From Candidatus Nanoarchaeia archaeon (GTDB lineage Archaea > Nanobdellota > Nanobdellia > SCGC-AAA011-G17 > JAUYJU01), in contig JAUYJU010000027.1 of NCBI GenBank assembly GCA_030700155.1, forward strand, positions 5,954 to 69,953: a stretch of 64,000 nt of DNA, given 5' to 3'. A program made the position numbers and the translations under genes. The number at the start of each line of letters is the position of its first letter. Positions within the stretch are counted from its first letter, which is position 1. The notes below the pieces were generated by a model. It was not told where the DNA came from and did not search any database. It was given only the letters and a program-made list of their open reading frames with translations. Below, piece by piece: positions 20,137 through 29,284 of this stretch.

Positions 20137-21647
20137 TTAGCATAGCAGACATTGCAAGATTTTGTAAAGAAAAGGGGTTTGTTTATCAAAATTCTGAAAT
20201 TTACAACCCTCTATCTGGATTCTGGGACTTTGGCCCTCTGGGTGTAGAACTAAAAAATAATATTAAATCTAATTGGTGGAAAAAGTTTGTTCAATCTCGC
20301 GAAGATGTGGTAGGTATTGACGGTGCTATATTTGCAGATAAAAGATTATGGGAAGCTTCAGGGCACATAGATAATTTCACTGACGCTTTAGTTGAATGTA
20401 AAAAATGTAAAACTAGATTCAGAGCAGATCAATTAATTGAAGACGAAATAAAGATGGATGTTGAAGGACTTTCTGAAGAAGATTTAACACAAATAATTAA
20501 AAAAGAAAATATCAAATGTTCAAAATGTCAATCAGAACTTGGCGATGCTAAAAAGTTTAACATGATGTTTAAGACCACTGTGGGTCCTGTTGAAGAAAAA
20601 ACAAATGAAGTTTTTTTAAGACCAGAAACTTGTGGATTAATATTTACTAATTTTAGATTAGTTCAGGAAAATGCAAGATTAAAGCTTCCATTTGGAATCG
20701 CACAAATTGGAAAAGCTTTCAGAAATGAAATATCTCCAAGAGATTTTTTATTCCGTTGCAGAGAATTTGAACAAATGGAAATGGAATTCTTTACCCATCC
20801 TAATAAAATAAATGATTGTCCTTATTACGATGAAGTAAAAGATATCAAAATAAATTTATTTTCAGCAGAAGATCAAAGTAAGGCTAAAAAAGAACATAAA
20901 AAAGCAAAGATTTCAGATTTAACAAAATTAACCTCTAAATGGCATACTTACTGGATTGCACAAGCTTACAAATGGTTCATTGATTTAGGAGTTAATCCAG
21001 AAAACTTAAGAATAACTCAACATCCAAAAGAGAAATTAGCACATTATGCTTCAGCATGTTTTGATATTGATTATAAATTTCCTTTCGGTTGGAAAGAAAT
21101 TTATGGTAATGCAGATCGTGGTCAATACGACTTAAACCAGCACATTAAATATTCAAAAAGAGATTTATCTATTTTTGATGAAGAAACAAAAGAAAAAGTA
21201 GTTCCTCGTGTAGCTTCAGAACCTTCTCAAGGGGTAGATCGTGCTTTCTTGACTTTTATCTTCGATGCTTATAATGACGACAAAGAACGTGGAAATATAG
21301 TTTTAAAACTGCATCCAAAACTAGCTCCAATTAAAGTGGGTATTTTCCCTTTAGTTAACAAAGTTAAAGATGAAGCTAAAGAAGTTTTCAATGATATAAA
21401 GGAAGAATTTCAAGCAACATTTGATAGTTCAGGTTCTGTTGGAAGAAGATACGCAAGAGCAGATGAAATCGGGATTCCATACTGTGTAACTTATGATTTT
21501 GATACTAAAGAAAAGGGAATTATTACTATCAGGGATAGAGATACAACAAAACAGATTACAATCAAATTAACAAATCTAAAGGAAACATTAAGAAAACTAT
21601 TAAACAAAGAAATTGAGTTTGAAAAAGCCGGTAAATTGGTCAAATAA
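20133..21647 (+). CDS. glyS: Glycine--tRNA ligase
   Basis: LRPET, QIGKAFRNEISPR, REFEQME, GRRYARADE. Confidence 0.97.
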   Translation: MISIADIARFCKEKGFVYQNSEIYNPLSGFWDFGPLGVELKNNIKSNWWKKFVQSREDVVGIDGAIFADKRLWEASGHIDNFTDALVECKKCKTRFRADQLIEDEIKMDVEGLSEEDLTQIIKKENIKCSKCQSELGDAKKFNMMFKTTVGPVEEKTNEVFLRPETCGLIFTNFRLVQENARLKLPFGIAQIGKAFRNEISPRDFLFRCREFEQMEMEFFTHPNKINDCPYYDEVKDIKINLFSAEDQSKAKKEHKKAKISDLTKLTSKWHTYWIAQAYKWFIDLGVNPENLRITQHPKEKLAHYASACFDIDYKFPFGWKEIYGNADRGQYDLNQHIKYSKRDLSIFDEETKEKVVPRVASEPSQGVDRAFLTFIFDAYNDDKERGNIVLKLHPKLAPIKVGIFPLVNKVKDEAKEVFNDIKEEFQATFDSSGSVGRRYARADEIGIPYCVTYDFDTKEKGIITIRDRDTTKQITIKLTNLKETLRKLLNKEIEFEKAGKLVK

Positions 21648-21680
21648 GTTTTTAAATCCTAAACTAGACTTCCAAACTAT

Positions 21681-21755
21681 GGGCCGGTAATTCAACCTGG
21701 CTAGAATGCTCGGCTGGCAGTCGAGATGCTCCGCGTTCAAATCGCGGCCGGTCCA
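21681..21755 (+). tRNA. tRNA-Ala(GGC)
   Basis: GGGCCGG/CCGGTCC acceptor with G3:U70; CT-GGC-AG loop. Confidence 0.95.
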
Positions 21756-21757
21756 TT

Positions 21758-22159
21758 TTATTTTTTCATTATAATATACTTGTTTCCAAAAAGATTAACA
21801 AATTTAATTCTTTGATATATTGGATAAGGTGCACTTTCAACTCTTTTATAGCCAAATTTTCTATAAAAACTTTCTAAATCAGTCAAACAAGTTACATAAG
21901 AAGCAGGATGTTCTTTTAAGAAATATCTGATAACTTTTCCAGCATAACCCTTTCCCCTATAAACTTTTTTTGTTACAACGGTTCCAAGTTCAACACTGGT
22001 TTTCCAATCTTTAACAGTACAAAAAGAAATAAGCTCAGCTTTATCATACAAAGCATAAACCTCAGAATTCTTAAATATACTCCAAGGGTCCAATCTCTCT
22101 TTTATTATCAACCAGATAAATTCAAAATCTTTCCAAACCTTAGTCTTTTTAATATGCAT
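21758..22159 (-). CDS. GNAT acetyltransferase
   Basis: YRGKGYA and FYRKFGY. Confidence 0.88.
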   Translation of the reverse strand: MHIKKTKVWKDFEFIWLIIKERLDPWSIFKNSEVYALYDKAELISFCTVKDWKTSVELGTVVTKKVYRGKGYAGKVIRYFLKEHPASYVTCLTDLESFYRKFGYKRVESAPYPIYQRIKFVNLFGNKYIIMKK

Positions 22160-22211
22160 TAATCTTTATTACTAAGATAAATTTATAAAGCTAGCTGATA
22201 CAAATTAATTT

Positions 22212-22610
22212 ATGCCAGACTGCATATTTTGCAAGATAATTAAAGGTGAAATTCCTTGTAACAAAATCTACGAAGATAAAGATACTTTAGCTTTTCTAGA
22301 TATCAATCCAGTAAATCCAGGTCATGTTTTAGTTATCCCAAAAGAACATTACAAACTAATGCACGATGTTCCTGACGAAACTCTAAGTAAGGTTTTTATT
22401 AAATCTAAAGATTTAATGACTACTATTAAAAAAGCTACGAAAGCAGACTATGTAGCTGTTTCTATCGTAGGACTAGATGTTCCCCATTTTCATGTTCATT
22501 TGGTCCCAAGGTACTTTAATGATGGTATGGCGGCTTTCTGGCCAACTAAGAAATATAATGAAGGCGAAGCAGAAAAGCTAGCAATCAAAATCAAAAGCCT
22601 TTTAAAATAA
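22212..22610 (+). CDS. HIT-family hydrolase
   Basis: CIFC, PGHVLVIPK, HFHVH. Confidence 0.95.
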   Translation: MPDCIFCKIIKGEIPCNKIYEDKDTLAFLDINPVNPGHVLVIPKEHYKLMHDVPDETLSKVFIKSKDLMTTIKKATKADYVAVSIVGLDVPHFHVHLVPRYFNDGMAAFWPTKKYNEGEAEKLAIKIKSLLK

Positions 22611-22630
22611 CTTTATTCTTGTATCCTTAT

Positions 22631-22705
22631 GCCTCGGTAGCTCAGCCTGGCTAGAGCACAAGTCTCATACGCTTGGGGTCGGGAGTTCAAATCTCCCCTG
22701 AGGCA
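22631..22705 (+). tRNA. tRNA-Met(CAT), probably elongator
   Basis: GCCTCGG/CTGAGGC acceptor; CT-CAT-AC loop; GTTCAAATC. Confidence 0.9.
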
Positions 22706-22713
22706 TTTTTGAT

Positions 22714-23541
22714 ATGTTCAACGAGTATAAGGAAAATATGATTTATTTTGAATTCAGGTTTGGGAGGGCCATTATACCAACCAAAATATTAAATTCAAAA
22801 GAAGTAGATTTCTTAAGAAAGAAAGATATTAAAAAGAACGATAAATTAGATAGATATTATGGGGATGTTTACGATTTACCAACTATATTTTATAACTCTA
22901 CAGCAACTAATTTTTTTGACATAAAAGTTCCAAGGTATGTTCAAGCATTATCCTCAGAGCCATTTTCAAGTGTATTTGAACACTATAATAAGGATTATAA
23001 TAAAGAAGTTTTAAAATCAGAAATAAAGTTATTCCAGCAAGATTTAGAAGAGTTAGATATTAATCCATTTTATAATCACCTATTTAACCTAAGTAATATA
23101 AATATTAGTTTTGATAAAGAATCGAACGTGGGTAGTCATTTTGATTTTAATTCAAGATCTATTATTTACGGAGAGGCTTTCAAGAAAAACCTTAGTGATT
23201 TAGACTGGTTCACAATCAGTTTTATGCACGAACTTTATCACCTTATTGAAGTAGAACTTGAAAATAAAGTAAAGGAAAGCTTTGACAATGGAAGGTGGAA
23301 GTTAAGAAGTTTAGGCGTCAAAGATACAAAAAACAAAATAAATAATCTTAGTTGGGCATATAACCAAAATAATTACGGTTCCTTGCACCTTGCAGAATTA
23401 CTAGCGGCATTAACTTTTATAAGAAAACCAGAGGTTAAAGAAAAGATCCTGCCCTACCACCACTCTTTATGTGAAAGACTAGATTCAAACTACATGCCCC
23501 TATTTCCTTCAGAAGGACTAAATGTTTGGGGAAAACCTTAA
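22714..23541 (+). CDS. Hypothetical protein with HExxH zincin-like motif
   Basis: MHELYH with downstream AELLA. Confidence 0.55.
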   Translation: MFNEYKENMIYFEFRFGRAIIPTKILNSKEVDFLRKKDIKKNDKLDRYYGDVYDLPTIFYNSTATNFFDIKVPRYVQALSSEPFSSVFEHYNKDYNKEVLKSEIKLFQQDLEELDINPFYNHLFNLSNINISFDKESNVGSHFDFNSRSIIYGEAFKKNLSDLDWFTISFMHELYHLIEVELENKVKESFDNGRWKLRSLGVKDTKNKINNLSWAYNQNNYGSLHLAELLAALTFIRKPEVKEKILPYHHSLCERLDSNYMPLFPSEGLNVWGKP

Positions 23542-23565
23542 ATATTATTAATACTTCTAAGTCCT

Positions 23566-23889
23566 ATGGGAGTAGAATACGTATTTGAACCATCACACGT
23601 TCTAGAATTCGACACGTATTATCCTGTAGCAAACATTGATGAATCCGGAAACGTAACTATAACAATGGGAATTATTAGGGTTAAAGAACAATTATACACC
23701 TTTTATAGCAGACAGAAATCCCCAATTGCTCCAACCCAAATAATACAAAAAAACAATAATGCATCTAATTCAAGAAAATTTTCTGGTGTAGGAGACCCTT
23801 TAGACAGGATTAGTGGACCAAGTCCATTGGATAAAATAATTTGCCAAGAACCATTGAGTAGACTAACGATAGAAGATTTAGTTCAATAA
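23566..23889 (+). CDS. Hypothetical protein
   Basis: 107-aa ORF. Confidence 0.5.
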   Translation: MGVEYVFEPSHVLEFDTYYPVANIDESGNVTITMGIIRVKEQLYTFYSRQKSPIAPTQIIQKNNNASNSRKFSGVGDPLDRISGPSPLDKIICQEPLSRLTIEDLVQ

Positions 23890-24338
23890 TCAAAACCGTT
23901 TATCCAATCAAATAATAGATATAATTCAAGTTGATTGAGTTCTGCATCGAAATTAAGTTTAGTTTTAATATCTTCTAATAATTTAGGTTTTAAAGATTCT
24001 AAAATTTCAAAACTTGGAAGTTTTTTTGCAAAATTAATATAACTTTCATTTGCAACAGTATAACCAACTAAAGCTTCATTTTCAAAATGTCGCCCTTTGT
24101 TATATCCACCATAACCCATTAACCAAATCCCTAAAAGAGGATTTTCTAAATCAACATCAGCAGTACCTTTTACACTGCCATGCACAAGATCTGCTCCAAA
24201 TTTAGGTATTTCACCAACAGTAGAAATCAATTTCCCATTTACTCTATAAAGCTTATCTTCTTCAACAACTTCAGCAGATAACTTTAATCCAAGAACATTA
24301 TAAATTTCACCTTGAGTTCCCATTTTATTTTCCACCAC
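23883..24338 (-). CDS. Hypothetical protein
   Basis: 151-aa ORF coupled to the upstream gene. Confidence 0.55.
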   Translation of the reverse strand: MVENKMGTQGEIYNVLGLKLSAEVVEEDKLYRVNGKLISTVGEIPKFGADLVHGSVKGTADVDLENPLLGIWLMGYGGYNKGRHFENEALVGYTVANESYINFAKKLPSFEILESLKPKLLEDIKTKLNFDAELNQLELYLLFDWINGFDY

Positions 24339-25101
24339 GCTTTATAACTCTATTTCTCATAGCAACACAAAATTTCAAAGGATCAGCTCCAACATCCATA
24401 TCAAAGCTGTAACCTTTTTCTTTTGCCAACTCATATAAGTAATGTCCCCAGAAATAAGAGATCATTGTAGTCTCACTTGGATGATAATCTTCATCAAATT
24501 CATCCCACTCCATTTCCATCAAAGTATCTTCACAAGGCCCACCAGAAGGTTCATACAAAATTGCTTTTTGTAAAACAGATACGGGATAATCTTTCAAAAC
24601 TTCATGAATAATCTTTGGTTCTTTGAGAACGGGAATTTCTCCAGACATATGCAACATCATCGCTTCATGATACTTATTAAAGAAAGGTTTCCAATGTTCT
24701 TCCATATTTTGTCTAGTTTCCATAACATCAACATCTCTAAATTTTTCCCAAGCACTACGCTCTTTGCTTTTTTTGTCAAGACCTTGGCCAAGTGTATCAT
24801 AAACTAAAAAAATTGAATCATAAAAAGTAGGTGGTGAAGCAACAGGCCCCCTCTTCCAGCCTTTCAAAATAGTTTCATAATCTATCTTAGATTGAAAAGA
24901 ATAAACAACTCCTTCAAGATCCTTAACTAATCTAAAAGTAGCAGAACTTTCAGAAACTTCAACAACAAAACCTTTAGTTCTAAATGCTTCTAAAAAGGCC
25001 CACAATCCAATATTTGGATGAATTGGTAAGTTAATCTGCCAAGCTAATTCATTTAGTTCAGGACCTACAAAATTATACAAATCTAATTCAAGTTTTTCCA
25101 T
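24325..25101 (-). CDS. Hypothetical protein
   Basis: 258-aa ORF starting 2 nt after the alba stop. Confidence 0.6.
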   Translation of the reverse strand: MEKLELDLYNFVGPELNELAWQINLPIHPNIGLWAFLEAFRTKGFVVEVSESSATFRLVKDLEGVVYSFQSKIDYETILKGWKRGPVASPPTFYDSIFLVYDTLGQGLDKKSKERSAWEKFRDVDVMETRQNMEEHWKPFFNKYHEAMMLHMSGEIPVLKEPKIIHEVLKDYPVSVLQKAILYEPSGGPCEDTLMEMEWDEFDEDYHPSETTMISYFWGHYLYELAKEKGYSFDMDVGADPLKFCVAMRNRVIKRGGK

Positions 25102-25103
25102 TC

Positions 25104-25439
25104 TTACTTCTTGCCTAATTTAATCTCTATAGTAGAAACTCTTACTTGCTTTCCTTCAGTATTTTGAAATTCCTCAGAATTAATAGCAATGTCTTTAACT
25201 TCAACTTGCCCTTCTAAAAATCTTCTAGTAGCTACTTCAGCTATATCTACTGCCCTAGAAATAAATTTACCTCTAGCTTTAACTGTAACTTCACTAGCAC
25301 CTTGGGTTGTGAATTGCATCACCACACCTGTCACGTAGTTCAATCTTCAAGAGCAAGCACGCAACTACGCTCTTTTAAAAGGTTTACTACCGACAAACAC
25401 AGTATGTTCTTCACTAACGCGGGTTGGTTTTTCTGTCAT
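25104..25439 (-). CDS. alba: Chromatin protein Alba, split by an intron: join(25376..25439, 25104..25342), 100 aa
   Basis: Spliced product reads ...VFVGSKPF-MNYVTGVVMQF...KARGKFISRAVDIAE...VSTIEI; GGAGG SD before ATG 25439. Confidence 0.92.
25343..25375 (-). other. 33-nt bulge-helix-bulge mRNA intron in alba
   Basis: Central helix CUUU/GAAG, bulges UAA and AUU, inner helix AAGAGC/GCUCUU; canonical cuts rebuild the AUG codon; contains in-frame TAG and TGA. Confidence 0.88.
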
Positions 25440-26333
25440 TTTATTGTCCTCCGTCTTAGCTTTAATTGAAGTAACTTGTTCAGTTATCCTCCTCTGCTTT
25501 CTCTTTATTGTAAAACCAATAAGGGCATTATAATTTAAAACGCTGTCTTTCCTGTAGATGTTTAAGTAATAGTATGGTTTTCCCGCTGGAGTTTTAGATT
25601 GAGTTATTGTAGACAAAACAGATAAACTTTCTAATAATTTTTTGACCAATAAAACTAATTCTTTCTTAGTGTTAAAAAAACGTATGCCTCTATCCAACAC
25701 ATGAGCTTCACTATCAAACAACCCCCTCAAAAAAGAGCATTTAATATTCTGCGAAAAATCAATTAATTTATTTATGTCAACTTTTTTTAGAAAAGAACTG
25801 GCCTCTTTAGAATCTATATAAGTCAAATATTGCAACTTTCTACTTTTAATGCCTTCGGAAAGTTTTAGTTTTCTTGTAGTGTATCTTGCTTCAAACTTAC
25901 TCCATTTTTCTAAATTTGCTTTAAATTCTAAAACAAAATCTTCATCAGTTGCACTTAACATTACTCTTCTTTGTTTTGTACTTATATGCCCATCTCCATA
26001 GACTACGCCCAATATATATGCTAATTCTTCACTCATGGTTTTAGCTCTTTCTGGTAGTCGTTTGGTTCTAAGCTCAGCAGAAATTTGCACAGCCTTATGT
26101 TGAGTCAATTTGTTCATGGCACGCATTCTTTCAACATTTTCAATTGAATTAGAAGCCCTGATTCTCTTTTCAGAAAAATAATAAGGTTTCATGCCTCGAT
26201 TTATCCAACCTTCCACTGTACTCCTGTTAGGCAGATTTAAAAGTTTAGAAATTCTCTGACTGCCATATCCCTTATTTTTTAATTCCATGGATTTGGTATA
26301 CTGTTCTAAGGTATACTTAGTTATTTCAGTCAA
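25365..26333 (-). CDS. Free-standing LAGLIDADG homing endonuclease with N-terminal HTH, in frame with alba exon 1
   Basis: LAYILGVVYGDG and FLRGLFDSEA motifs; stop codon lies inside the alba intron. Confidence 0.87.
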   Translation of the reverse strand: MTEITKYTLEQYTKSMELKNKGYGSQRISKLLNLPNRSTVEGWINRGMKPYYFSEKRIRASNSIENVERMRAMNKLTQHKAVQISAELRTKRLPERAKTMSEELAYILGVVYGDGHISTKQRRVMLSATDEDFVLEFKANLEKWSKFEARYTTRKLKLSEGIKSRKLQYLTYIDSKEASSFLKKVDINKLIDFSQNIKCSFLRGLFDSEAHVLDRGIRFFNTKKELVLLVKKLLESLSVLSTITQSKTPAGKPYYYLNIYRKDSVLNYNALIGFTIKRKQRRITEQVTSIKAKTEDNKMTEKPTRVSEEHTVFVGSKPFKRA

Positions 26334-26354
26334 TGTACCCCTTTTTTGTTAAAA

Positions 26355-26549
26355 TTATTTAGCTTCTTCTTGTTTTACTAACCTTGTGATATATCCAGCA
26401 ATAACATTCTTCATTTTCTTGCTTGGAACATCAGCTAACTCAGCTACAGCAACTTTATCTTGCGCAAAGTTACCAGTAAACTTAGTTTTGTGTATAGTAA
26501 ATAGCTTCTTAGCTGTTCTCTTAATCAGTGTAGTCTTTATTCTTCCCAT
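26355..26549 (-). CDS. rps17e: 30S ribosomal protein eS17
   Basis: MGRIKT and SKKMKNVIAGYIT. Confidence 0.95.
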   Translation of the reverse strand: MGRIKTTLIKRTAKKLFTIHKTKFTGNFAQDKVAVAELADVPSKKMKNVIAGYITRLVKQEEAK

Positions 26550-26615
26550 ACCACTATATAGGACTCACAGGCTATTTAAAGTTTTCCTTAAGTAATAATA
26601 ATAGCAAGAATATGG

Positions 26616-27170
26616 CTAATACTTACCTCCAAACTCGTCTTCATAAATACGCTCAAAATCCCTAAATTTACCCATTAGGTAACCTTTGTCTTTTTGGTAA
26701 CCCCTTAAAAATAATCCAAAGCGATTTTGAATATCCAAAAAACTATAATTCTTCTCCGAGATGATATGTTGAATATCTTTTGCATCGTCACTATCAAATC
26801 TACCAATTTTGGATACTAAAACGTCCAATGGATCCAAAGCATAAAGTTTAATATGTTTTAGTCCCACATTCAATTTCTCAATTTCAGTACTACGTTGTTT
26901 ATAATCAGAAGGTAACTTATAGAAAGGAGAAATTCTTCCTTTAGGCGAAACATCAATTCTAACTCCAAGTTTTTCGTGTAAGAATTTCTTAATTTCAGCA
27001 CGAGTAGCTTTGTCAGCATCAATAATTAAATCAATATCTTCAGAAGTAGTTTTTAATCCCAAAAAAGTTAAAGAAGTTCCGCCAAAAGCAACGATATCAA
27101 CTCTATTTTTAAGTTGTTTATCTAATTCTTTAAGATTTATTTTTAATATTTGGTAGTCAATTTTTTCCAT
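26616..27170 (-). CDS. Nucleotidyltransferase (DUF6036/AbiEii-like)
   Basis: FGGTSL, TSEDIDL, SKIGR...D..DI. Confidence 0.75.
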   Translation of the reverse strand: MEKIDYQILKINLKELDKQLKNRVDIVAFGGTSLTFLGLKTTSEDIDLIIDADKATRAEIKKFLHEKLGVRIDVSPKGRISPFYKLPSDYKQRSTEIEKLNVGLKHIKLYALDPLDVLVSKIGRFDSDDAKDIQHIISEKNYSFLDIQNRFGLFLRGYQKDKGYLMGKFRDFERIYEDEFGGKY

Positions 27171-27688
27171 TAGGCGGATTTACAATAAAGATCTACCCTA
27201 TCGCACCTTTTATCTAAATCATAAACAATAGGCACACCACATTTTTTAGCTACAGGACTAGCGGAATTCCTGATCCATTGTTTGCGGCCTTTAGAATAAG
27301 ATGCAATTTCATTTTCCAAAGAACGAGTATATTCTATAAATAGAGGTAAATATCTTTTTAAAGTTTCAGCATGTTTTTTCTTGCCCTTAATTTCTAAGGC
27401 AGGAATATAATCTCTCATCAACCAATGAACTCTATGACCTATATCTGCTTCAACAGCCTTATCATGTAAACTGTAAAAATCAAAATTTGGAGATGTAATA
27501 ACTGCAATCAAAGCTCCAACATAACGAGGTTCTACAGTAAGATAATTTTGTAAAACGTCAACAACTAAGTCCTCTCCACTAATTTTTCTGAAATTTTTAT
27601 TTACCTTATGACCAAAAAATTTAACATTGTAACTAAAGAAATTATCCATTACCCCTTCTGGATTTAACCTAGCAGTAACTTGAGTCAT
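27170..27688 (-). CDS. Hypothetical protein coupled to the nucleotidyltransferase (possible antitoxin)
   Basis: Stop/start overlap at 27170. Confidence 0.55.
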   Translation of the reverse strand: MTQVTARLNPEGVMDNFFSYNVKFFGHKVNKNFRKISGEDLVVDVLQNYLTVEPRYVGALIAVITSPNFDFYSLHDKAVEADIGHRVHWLMRDYIPALEIKGKKKHAETLKRYLPLFIEYTRSLENEIASYSKGRKQWIRNSASPVAKKCGVPIVYDLDKRCDRVDLYCKSA

Positions 27689-27713
27689 AAAATGCTAGTA
27701 GTAAATAGGCTAT

Positions 27714-28160
27714 TTAAAGTTTTCCTTTGATAGTAGTATTCTCAGACTTTTTAATCTCTAGATTATATAAGGAAATTGCCATAAGCCTAAGAAGCGGTTC
27801 TGAAAAATAATAACCATCTGCTTTAAACTGCTTAACATAAGCTAGATATTCTTCTAATGCGCTATCATTAAATAAATTTGTAGAACTAGAATCCAATTGA
27901 TGTATCAAATAATCAAAATTACCTTTATAGAATTTCCTCATATGCTCATTTGATTCTTCCTCAAAATATTCTTTAAAACAATTTATTTCAGTTTCTATAT
28001 TTTGTCTTAATAGGGCTTCCAATTTAGGTCTATCTTCTTTTGATATATGAAGTATTTTCCCATGCAATTTCTTAGCTTCGCTAACTACTTTTCTTAATTC
28101 TTGCGGACCTTTAAAGGACATATCGCAAAGTTTTACAAATATATAGTACCAATCTGTCAT
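27714..28160 (-). CDS. Hypothetical protein
   Basis: 148-aa ORF. Confidence 0.5.
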   Translation of the reverse strand: MTDWYYIFVKLCDMSFKGPQELRKVVSEAKKLHGKILHISKEDRPKLEALLRQNIETEINCFKEYFEEESNEHMRKFYKGNFDYLIHQLDSSSTNLFNDSALEEYLAYVKQFKADGYYFSEPLLRLMAISLYNLEIKKSENTTIKGKL

Positions 28161-28197
28161 AACTTAATAAAAGACTTTCATCAATTTAAAGTTTTCT

Positions 28198-29262
28198 CTA
28201 AACAGACTCAAGAACATAAATAAAACGCTCTAACCTGCTCTTTGTTTCAAAATAAGGAAGAGGCATAGAAATCGCTTTTACTGGTTGATAAAGCCTAAAT
28301 CCAGCTGCAGTTATTATACTATTAATATCTATCTCCCTTCTACCACCTTTAGTCTTAAATCTTGGTATTATTATGGCAATCTTTCCTTTCAATACATTCT
28401 TTAAATCTTTCAATAATGCTAAATACAATAACGACAATTCTTTAATCACCTTATTAGCCTCTTCCTCACTCGGTATTCTTTCCCAATAAGGACCCATATA
28501 AGGTTCAGAAGCAACAGATTCAATTTCTTTTATATTAGTAGACAATTTTCTAGCATCGCCTTTAATTAATTTCCATTTATTTCCATATTTTTTACCTAAC
28601 CATTCTAAATTTTCTTTTGCACTTGCAATATCTTTATCAACACCAATCACATTTAAACCCATTAACAAACCTTCTTGCAATATTGTTCCTTGTCCACAGA
28701 AAGGATCTAAAACTTCATGCTTAGCTTGACTTAGATTTATCATTATTTTAGCTAATCTTATTGAAATTGCAGATAAAGCATCAAATGCTGGTCTTTTTTC
28801 ATCTCTTTCCTTATACTCTTTAGGATTTGAAGTTGCAACAACCCTATACACCTGACCTTTATTCCATAAAAATTCTAAATCAAGATTTGCAGACTTACTG
28901 GGCATGACTTGAGTTTCATCTTTTACAGGAGTTTTAAACATAGCTTTTAATTTTTCTTTCTTAAACTTTAATTTTAATTCATCCAAGAAATCACTATCGT
29001 CTCCTTTTATTATTCCAACAGAATAAGTTATTGCTTTTTTAGGCCCATAATATTCGTAATCTTCGGTTAATTCAGCAATTTTTACTGTACCGCCTAATCT
29101 CATCATGACCTTAGAAGGATTAATCTGATCAACATCAAATATGGCTATTTTGTCATCATGATACTTAATGCTATGATTTATCTTAAAAGCTTGAAAATAA
29201 GACTCTATCTCAACTAAACTAAGTTCTGGGTCTCTCCCTAATATAAACATGTACTCTTGCAT
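28198..29262 (-). CDS. Trm11/TrmG10-like tRNA methyltransferase
   Basis: RLAKIMINL, VLDPFCGQGTIL, GDAR, EPY. Confidence 0.85.
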   Translation of the reverse strand: MQEYMFILGRDPELSLVEIESYFQAFKINHSIKYHDDKIAIFDVDQINPSKVMMRLGGTVKIAELTEDYEYYGPKKAITYSVGIIKGDDSDFLDELKLKFKKEKLKAMFKTPVKDETQVMPSKSANLDLEFLWNKGQVYRVVATSNPKEYKERDEKRPAFDALSAISIRLAKIMINLSQAKHEVLDPFCGQGTILQEGLLMGLNVIGVDKDIASAKENLEWLGKKYGNKWKLIKGDARKLSTNIKEIESVASEPYMGPYWERIPSEEEANKVIKELSLLYLALLKDLKNVLKGKIAIIIPRFKTKGGRREIDINSIITAAGFRLYQPVKAISMPLPYFETKSRLERFIYVLESV

Positions 29263-29284
29263 AGGTTGCCTTTAGAAACAGCCT

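Noticed and set aside
25104-25343. Alba as a truncated TTG-start ORF or pseudogene
   Set aside because: The missing N-terminus with its SD lies upstream, and BHB splicing restores the frame and the conserved Met exactly.
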